Source: Nitrososphaerota archaeon (lineage in GTDB: Archaea; Thermoproteota; Nitrososphaeria; Nitrososphaerales; Nitrosopumilaceae). Taken from it: 64,000 nt of DNA. The position numbers and the translations under genes were made by a program. Under the pieces are notes generated by a model. It was not told the DNA's origin, did no database searches, and saw only the letters and a program-made list of their open reading frames with translations. The stretch covers positions 38,235 through 102,234 of the forward strand of contig VHBK01000001.1 in NCBI GenBank assembly GCA_016872015.1, read 5' to 3'. Below, in pieces: positions 57,832 through 64,000 of the stretch (position 1 is its first letter; the number at the start of each line of letters is the position of its first letter).

Positions 57832-59658
57832 GTGCCAAAGATAGTTGCAGATACAAGCGTCATAATTAATGGCTATATAACAAAACAACTCGAATCAAAA
57901 TCAATACGCGACGATCTGATAATTCCAGTAGCCGCACTAGATGAGTTACAGGCACAGGCCTCGCAGGGAAAAGAGCAGGGCTTTGTGGGACTGGAGGAAA
58001 TAAAAAAGATCCAAAAACTATGCCAGCAAAACAACACCCCAATCCAGTTTGTAGGACAAAGACCAGGCCTCGACGATATCCGTCTTGCAAAACATGGAAG
58101 AATTGACGCAATCATAAAGGACGTCGCAAAACAACAATCCGCAACACTATACACAGCAGATTACGTACAGGGCTTGACTGCAGAGGCAGAAGGAATTCCA
58201 GTATTTTATCAAAAACCAGAAAAAGTAACCTCTAATCTTGAATTTTTGCGATTCTTTGATAATACCACAATGAGTGTGCACCTAAAGGAAAACAACGCCC
58301 CTTTTGCCAAAAAGGGGAGACCGGGTGCATTTGACCTAGTCGAACTAGAAGAAAAAACCCTAGATGAACAATACTTGGAATTAATTACCACACAAATTCT
58401 AGAGGCAAGCAAAATATCAAACGCAGGGACAATAGAAATATCCAAGTCAGGCGCACTGGTCATACAGTATGCAGATTACAGAATAGCAATAACTAGGCCT
58501 CCATTCTCAGAATCCCATGAAATTACAATAGTTCATCCTACAACAAAAATGACACTAGACCAGTATGGTCTGTCTGCAAAACTAATGGACAGACTTGCAG
58601 ATCAGGCAGAAGGAATAATCATTTCTGGGCCTCCAGGTTCTGGCAAGTCAACTCTGGCATCAAGCATTGCAAATTTTTATGCCGCAAAAGGAAACGTGGT
58701 TAAAACATTCGAGTCGCCACGAGACCTCCAAGTGGACAAAAACGTAACGCAGTACACCAAGCTGGAGGGAAGCTTTGAGAATTCAGCAGATATTTTGTTG
58801 CTAGTCAGGCCAGATTACACAATATTTGATGAGGTGCGGCAAAGAGACGACTTTAGGGTGTTTGCCGATTTGAGGCTTGCAGGAGTAGGAATGGTTGGCG
58901 TGGTTCACGCAAACATGCCACTTGACGGAGTACAGCGATTCATTGGTAAAATAGAGCTTGGAATGATTCCAAGCGTAATCGATACTGTGGTATTTGTAAA
59001 AGACGGAAGCATTGCCAAAGTCTATGATTTGGAATTAAAAGTCAAGGTGCCATCAGGAATGGTTGAGCAAGACTTGGCAAGGCCGGTAATAGAAATCGCA
59101 GACTTTGAGACTGGCGCCCTAGAGTATGAAATCTATACCTTTGGAGAGGAAAATGTGATTGTTCCAGTATCCGAAGGCACAGAAACCAAGTCCGGAGTTT
59201 ACAAGCTAGCCGCAGAAAAAATCAAGGAGGCAATACGAAGATTTGATCCAAATCCGCAAATCGAGGTCCTCTCCGACAATAATGTTCGAATCAAGATAAA
59301 AAAAGACGCAATTCCCTCATTGATAGGAAAAGGCGGCACCACTATCAATGAGATAGAAAAGATACTACATGTTCACATTGATGTGCAGGAAAAAGACTCG
59401 CAAGAACCATTTTCGGAAGGCTCCACACATGGCGTGTCGTTTGATTTTTCCGAATCAAAAAACACTATCCTCTTTGAGGTAAACAAGCGTTACAGCGGAC
59501 AGCTGGCAGAACTATACGTCAAAGACCAGTATGTGACAACCACAAGGGTTGCAAGACACGGCAAAATCAAGTTATCCAAGCGATCCGATGCGGGAAAGGC
59601 ACTCTCACGATCGGCTTTCTCAAAAAACGATATTGATATTATGATTAAAGATTCTTGA
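57832..59658 (+). CDS. PIN-domain/ATPase/KH protein (PINA-type)
   Basis: VADTSV PIN, GPPGSGKST, FDEVR, LIGKGG KH. Confidence 0.92.
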   Translation: MPKIVADTSVIINGYITKQLESKSIRDDLIIPVAALDELQAQASQGKEQGFVGLEEIKKIQKLCQQNNTPIQFVGQRPGLDDIRLAKHGRIDAIIKDVAKQQSATLYTADYVQGLTAEAEGIPVFYQKPEKVTSNLEFLRFFDNTTMSVHLKENNAPFAKKGRPGAFDLVELEEKTLDEQYLELITTQILEASKISNAGTIEISKSGALVIQYADYRIAITRPPFSESHEITIVHPTTKMTLDQYGLSAKLMDRLADQAEGIIISGPPGSGKSTLASSIANFYAAKGNVVKTFESPRDLQVDKNVTQYTKLEGSFENSADILLLVRPDYTIFDEVRQRDDFRVFADLRLAGVGMVGVVHANMPLDGVQRFIGKIELGMIPSVIDTVVFVKDGSIAKVYDLELKVKVPSGMVEQDLARPVIEIADFETGALEYEIYTFGEENVIVPVSEGTETKSGVYKLAAEKIKEAIRRFDPNPQIEVLSDNNVRIKIKKDAIPSLIGKGGTTINEIEKILHVHIDVQEKDSQEPFSEGSTHGVSFDFSESKNTILFEVNKRYSGQLAELYVKDQYVTTTRVARHGKIKLSKRSDAGKALSRSAFSKNDIDIMIKDS

Positions 59659-60106
59659 ACCCTTCGAGAATTTTCTGATTTGACTTCAAATATGCAATGA
59701 ATTTTCGTAATTGCCTTATGGTTTTTGGATTTAGGTGATGCTCTATTCCCTCGGCGTCCTGATTTGCGGTTTCATGCTCTATTCCAAGTATTTCAAAAAA
59801 TTCTAGTAAAATTCCATGTTTTTGTCGTATTGCGTCTGCAACACTGTTTCCCTTTGCAGTGAGATTTATTCCATGATATTTCTCATATTTGAGATAGCCA
59901 TTTTCATCTAGTCTTTGCAGCATTTTGGTGACACTTGGCGCACTGACATTCATGTAGCGAGAAACATCAAGCGTTGTGGCATATCCCTTTAGCTCCACAA
60001 GTTCTGATATTACTTCAAGATAGTCCTCCATTCTGGAAAGATTTGATTTTGTAGACTTGTGAGCAGCCTTGATGGACTCTAATCGTATCTCGCCTTTTTT
60101 CTTCAA
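59645..60106 (-). CDS. mntR: DtxR/MntR family metal-dependent regulator
   Basis: EDYLE, VSAPSVT.M, RQKHG.L..F, DAEGIEH. Confidence 0.9.
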   Translation of the reverse strand: MKKKGEIRLESIKAAHKSTKSNLSRMEDYLEVISELVELKGYATTLDVSRYMNVSAPSVTKMLQRLDENGYLKYEKYHGINLTAKGNSVADAIRQKHGILLEFFEILGIEHETANQDAEGIEHHLNPKTIRQLRKFIAYLKSNQKILEGFKNL

Positions 60107-60184
60107 ATTGCTTTGTTGTGTGTTGCGGCTCTTATAATCAAATTGGATAATTGGTTTTTAATGACCATTTAATTTTGTATTTTC

Positions 60185-60679
60185 GTGGCAAGTCGCGCTC
60201 AGGTCCTAATTCCTATTGGAATAGCTGCCGTAATCATTGGCGTTGTGGGAATGCTATCAATGCCAAAAGACGTCAAGCTAGAGCAGACTGAATTTCCGCA
60301 AGGCATAGTCAAAATTGATAATGTCGCACTCCAAGTTCAAATCGCAGACACAAAACCCCTCCAGACGCGAGGCCTGATGTTCCAAGAAAAACTACCCTAT
60401 GACCAAGGAATGCTCTTTATCTTTGAAGACCAAGGAATTCGCTCAATGTGGATGCTAAACATGCAGTTTTCACTGGACGTTATGTGGATTGATGAACAAG
60501 GAAACGTAGTGCATATAGAAAAAGACACACAACCTTGCAAATCCGCACTTGAAACAATGACCTGCACGTTTACGAACGGAAACGGTGAGGAAGCAAAATA
60601 CGTCCTTGAAGTAACAGCAGGGTTTGTAGACAAGTTTGGCATAACAGAAAATTCCAAGTTGGAAATAATCTCAGTCTAG
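60185..60679 (+). CDS. DUF192 family protein, membrane-anchored
   Basis: IAD....RGLM, GMLF.F, WM.N..FSLD, YVLE. Confidence 0.9.
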   Translation: MASRAQVLIPIGIAAVIIGVVGMLSMPKDVKLEQTEFPQGIVKIDNVALQVQIADTKPLQTRGLMFQEKLPYDQGMLFIFEDQGIRSMWMLNMQFSLDVMWIDEQGNVVHIEKDTQPCKSALETMTCTFTNGNGEEAKYVLEVTAGFVDKFGITENSKLEIISV

Positions 60680-60698
60680 CAAAGGCTTATCTGTAGTT

Positions 60699-61346
60699 GT
60701 GCAATTTTATCAAAAAACGATGAAAAAAATAATCCCGATTGCATCATCTGGTGTAATTGCAGTAATAATCGGTTTGATCATGATGCAGACTCCTGCACCA
60801 GAGCCTATGTTGGAAAAAATTGAATCCAAATATGTCACGGCAAATTCACTGCTAAAGCAAAAGCTTGCAGAAAACCAAATCCAAATGTCTTCGCCAATTA
60901 AATTATCTGATCCAAAAGATGTCGAAAAATACTGTTCATTTTTTACGTCTGAGGAAAAACAACAACTGGTTCAGTATTGCACTTCAACTGAACTAAAGGA
61001 CCAAAACGGTGTCTTTCTTGGAAACATTCACATGGTTGGCACCAAAGATGAGCCAAAAATCGCACTGGCATTAATTCAAACTGACGACTCTGCATCAAAT
61101 CTTGATTCGGTCAAGTCTGTCTTTGCAATATTATCTGATACTCTGGTGTGTGATTGTTGGGCACAACAAAAGCCTGGAGGCCTTGACAATATTGGCCAAT
61201 GGGTAGATGGGTTGTACCAATTCCATCAAGGCGATATCAAGCCGCACAGCAAATCAAATCCTATTTTTCTTGATGGAAAATCGCTACAACTGGAGATAAC
61301 CACGAAGGAAGAAGGCTATCTCTGGCAGTTTTTTATATACTACTAG
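60699..61346 (+). CDS. Membrane-anchored hypothetical protein with Cys pairs
   Basis: N-terminal TM; YC...YC...CDCW. Confidence 0.75.
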   Translation: MQFYQKTMKKIIPIASSGVIAVIIGLIMMQTPAPEPMLEKIESKYVTANSLLKQKLAENQIQMSSPIKLSDPKDVEKYCSFFTSEEKQQLVQYCTSTELKDQNGVFLGNIHMVGTKDEPKIALALIQTDDSASNLDSVKSVFAILSDTLVCDCWAQQKPGGLDNIGQWVDGLYQFHQGDIKPHSKSNPIFLDGKSLQLEITTKEEGYLWQFFIYY

Positions 61347-61403
61347 TTTGTCTGTTTTGAACAGACAGTTCGTTATTATTCAATTAATGCCAATCAAGTT
61401 GGT

Positions 61404-62291
61404 TTGGGGGAATTGGAGTCTGTCGTTCGGTCTACGGATTCGTCGTTATTGTCAAAAATCGCAAAATTAGAAAAAGAAAAACAGGAATTAATCCAAGAAA
61501 CTCTGTCCCAAAACCGCATGATTGTATCCTATGAGAGAAAGTTGTCCCAGTTTGAAGCAGTCAAAGAACAGCGCGACTGGCTTCTAGAAGAAATGACTAA
61601 AAAAATTAGCGAGCTGAGTCACTTTCAAACAGAGCTCTTCAAGGCGGAGCGATTATCCGCGATAGGCGAAATGTCTGCCAGACTGGCTCATGACATGAGA
61701 AATCCCCTAACAATAATCAAAAACTCTATCGAGCTAGTCAAGCTAAAGCATGCTGAAAAAATTCCCCTTGATGTATATCGATTGTTCCTTTCAATAGAAA
61801 ATGCTTCTTCTAGAATGGTTTTTCAGCTTGACGATGTTCTTAATTTTGTTAGAAGCTCACCTCTAGATTCTACGTTAAATTCTCTGTCAGACATCTTAGA
61901 AGAGTCCTTGTCCGAAATTGTCATTCCAGATCAAATCACAATACAAAAATCAACAAAAGATGTTTCATTGTTGTGTGATGCCGAAAAAATAAAGGCAGTA
62001 TTTACAAATCTAATTGTTAATGCAATTCAAGCGATGGACAATCACGGTACTGTTCTAATACGATTTGAGGAAACCGACACCGAAGTAATGTTTACTGTTC
62101 AAGATTCTGGTCCGGGAATACCTGATTCCGCAATTGAAAAAATCTTTGAGCCACTCTTTACCACAAAATCACGCGGAACTGGGCTTGGATTGCCTGCGGT
62201 AAAAATGATCATACAACAACATCAAGGCAAAATAAGCGTCTCTAACAAGCCAACTACATTTCTAGTCGTCCTACCAAAAAAGTCCAACTAG
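61404..62291 (+). CDS. Soluble sensor histidine kinase
   Basis: Coiled coil, LAHDMRNPL, NAIQA, DSGPG, GTGLGL. Confidence 0.93.
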   Translation: MGELESVVRSTDSSLLSKIAKLEKEKQELIQETLSQNRMIVSYERKLSQFEAVKEQRDWLLEEMTKKISELSHFQTELFKAERLSAIGEMSARLAHDMRNPLTIIKNSIELVKLKHAEKIPLDVYRLFLSIENASSRMVFQLDDVLNFVRSSPLDSTLNSLSDILEESLSEIVIPDQITIQKSTKDVSLLCDAEKIKAVFTNLIVNAIQAMDNHGTVLIRFEETDTEVMFTVQDSGPGIPDSAIEKIFEPLFTTKSRGTGLGLPAVKMIIQQHQGKISVSNKPTTFLVVLPKKSN

Positions 62292-62328
62292 GACAAGATT
62301 CAAAAACTAATTCTATCTTATAGCAAAA

Positions 62329-63081
62329 ATGTTTGAAAATCTATGGCTAATCCCGCTTGGTTTTGTAGCAGGTGTGATTGGCTCTATTATTGGCCTTGGA
62401 GGCGGAATTGTAGTTGTCCCAGTATTGACAATTCTTGGAATTCCTCACACCATCGCATCTAGCAGTAGTCTGTTTGCAGCCTTTAGTAATTCCGTGGCAT
62501 CCACCGCTTCATATGCAAAGCAAAAACGCATTGATTACAAAAATGGATTGCGTTTAGGACTGTTTTCCATTCCAGGAACTATTCTTGGCGCAATTTTGTC
62601 TGGCCAGGCAACATCAGATGTCTTCAAAATATTGTTTGGCATAGTTCTTGTCGCATCATGTTACTATCTATTTGTCAAAAGAAATCTAGAATCAAAACAA
62701 AATAATATCTCTTCACAAATGTTGGTAATTTCCTCCGGGGTTAGTTTTTTTGCCGGAATTTTGTCAAGCTTTTTTGGAATCGGCGGAGGAATAGTCTTTG
62801 TCCCACTAATGATAATTGGGCTTGGAATTGCAATCAAAAATGCTACTGCTACATCGCAATTGATTCTGTTGGTTTCATCCGCAACAGGGATGATAACTCA
62901 TGCATTGCTAGGGCATGCTGATTTTGAATATGCTGTTTTGTTGTCAATAGGTGCGTTTGCAGGAGGCCTAGTAGGAGCAAGACTCTCACTTGAAATAAAA
63001 GAAAACAAACTGAGAATTCTAATAATTATGGTCATCTTGGCCGCCGCAATCAAGCTTTTCTTGGACGCATTCGGTCTTTGA
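62329..63081 (+). CDS. TauE/SafE family exporter
   Basis: GLGGG..VP and GIGGG..VP repeats, multi-TM. Confidence 0.92.
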   Translation: MFENLWLIPLGFVAGVIGSIIGLGGGIVVVPVLTILGIPHTIASSSSLFAAFSNSVASTASYAKQKRIDYKNGLRLGLFSIPGTILGAILSGQATSDVFKILFGIVLVASCYYLFVKRNLESKQNNISSQMLVISSGVSFFAGILSSFFGIGGGIVFVPLMIIGLGIAIKNATATSQLILLVSSATGMITHALLGHADFEYAVLLSIGAFAGGLVGARLSLEIKENKLRILIIMVILAAAIKLFLDAFGL

Positions 63082-63115
63082 TTAAGGATATAATCAGGTG
63101 CCTTGGTTACTCAAC

Positions 63116-63268
63116 ATGGTAAAATTCGATGGAATCCGAATGCAAGAGCTGATCTCAGTCCAAGATCCAGACAAAGACGGCGGCATTACTTTGGTATTTC
63201 AAGGAAACCGATTCTTGCACATCAAAATCAAGGATGGTAAACTAGAGACAGTTTCCACCCCCGAATGA
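63116..63268 (+). CDS. 50-aa hypothetical protein, not in ORF track
   Basis: MVKFDGIRMQELISVQDPDKDGGITLVFQGNRFLHIKIKDGKLETVSTPE. Confidence 0.6.
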   Translation: MVKFDGIRMQELISVQDPDKDGGITLVFQGNRFLHIKIKDGKLETVSTPE

Positions 63269-63269
63269 A

Positions 63270-63716
63270 TTATCTTGGTGGCTCTTTTTTAATTCTGTAA
63301 AGATTTTTCTTTGCTATTACGACCGTGTCACCGTTTTCCTTTTTGCCTTCAAAATCAACTGTTATGATGCCGAATTCCTCATCTTGGTCTTTTTTGTCTG
63401 ATATTGAGTATTTGATTTTAAGAATCTCATCTACGTGTAGCGGTTTTAGGAATCGAGTGTTTCTGTTTTCCCAGCCTGGGTCGCCATCCATGCCATATAA
63501 TAAAATCATGTTTCCATAGATTTGGCTTAGTCTGGTGAATTCTCCTTCCATCCTTGCAATTATTGCACGGCCTGAAACAATGCTACTATATTCGTCATCA
63601 TCAAATATCGTGTTTTTTATTCTGGCAAATGCCAAGTATGATTCAAGTTCTTTTTTGGAAAATGTGCATGTGGAAAAATACTCATCTCCAACTTTTAAGT
63701 CAGAAAATTTTTTCAT
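63270..63716 (-). CDS. MaoC/hotdog-fold protein
   Basis: LKVGD...FLKPLHVD..L...I hotdog pattern. Confidence 0.75.
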   Translation of the reverse strand: MKKFSDLKVGDEYFSTCTFSKKELESYLAFARIKNTIFDDDEYSSIVSGRAIIARMEGEFTRLSQIYGNMILLYGMDGDPGWENRNTRFLKPLHVDEILKIKYSISDKKDQDEEFGIITVDFEGKKENGDTVVIAKKNLYRIKKEPPR

Positions 63717-64000
63717 CTAGTCTCTTGTCTCATCAACACAGAATATTACTTCTGATGATCTTCGCGCAGAATCCGTGACAAAGTAATTCAGCGCATTTGC
63801 GATTTTCGAATTATCGCCGTCTTTTCCGTCAATACTTCCAGGCAGGATCAAAAATGATCTAATGTTGGATTTGAGCACGTCGCTTAGCTCTTGGTTTACT
63901 GTGGTTGCAAATGGTCTCAATGCTCCTCTGAATACCTCTACTCGCGCTCTGTCTGCGCCAGAAACCTTTGGTCCTGCCGGTAGGTCTGGCCCTATCACCA
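63717..64000 (-). CDS. C-terminus of a gene running off the window (possibly SDR-like oxidoreductase)
   Basis: Open frame to window edge; ALRPFATTVNQE...ILPG resembles an SDR C-terminal segment. Confidence 0.5.
   Translation of the reverse strand, partial: VIGPDLPAGPKVSGADRARVEVFRGALRPFATTVNQELSDVLKSNIRSFLILPGSIDGKDGDNSKIANALNYFVTDSARRSSEVIFCVDETRD

Noticed and set aside
1-64000. tRNA, rRNA, transposase or integrase genes, and the many antisense ORFs in the track
   Set aside because: No cloverleaf, rRNA or DDE/tyrosine-recombinase motifs seen by eye; antisense ORFs lie opposite well-supported genes.

Overview
Archaeal chromosome segment, most likely an ammonia-oxidising Nitrososphaerota (Nitrosopumilaceae, Nitrosotenuis-like). 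The assignment is inferred from multiple TFB paralogues, an ESCRT-III/Vps4 (Cdv) locus, a 3HP/4HB-cycle-type Fe-ADH, a TackOD1-type response regulator and many leaderless TATA-proximal starts. Core content: uvrB-uvrA-uvrC, citrate synthase, cdvB-like/cdvC, carA-carB, an ilvBH-leuA-leuB operon, aspS, mpg/udg/tldD, a two-component cluster, the PINA ATPase and mntR. An AT-richer accessory stretch lies at about 21.8-28.9 kb. No rRNA, tRNA, CRISPR array or transposase was recognised. Two observations stand out. (1) A 21-nt insertion (30195-30215) with two in-frame stops interrupts the invariant GE|FDYSG motif of carB and folds into a canonical bulge-helix-bulge, so it is a candidate tRNA-type intron in a protein-coding mRNA. 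(2) An 18-codon Leu/Val-rich leader peptide (42340-42396) with mutually exclusive hairpins lies upstream of ilvB, resembling a bacterial-style attenuator in an archaeon. Many small ORFs missed by the ORF track were translated by hand, along with several pseudo-enzymes and broken genes. All family calls are from motif recognition by eye; no searches were run.
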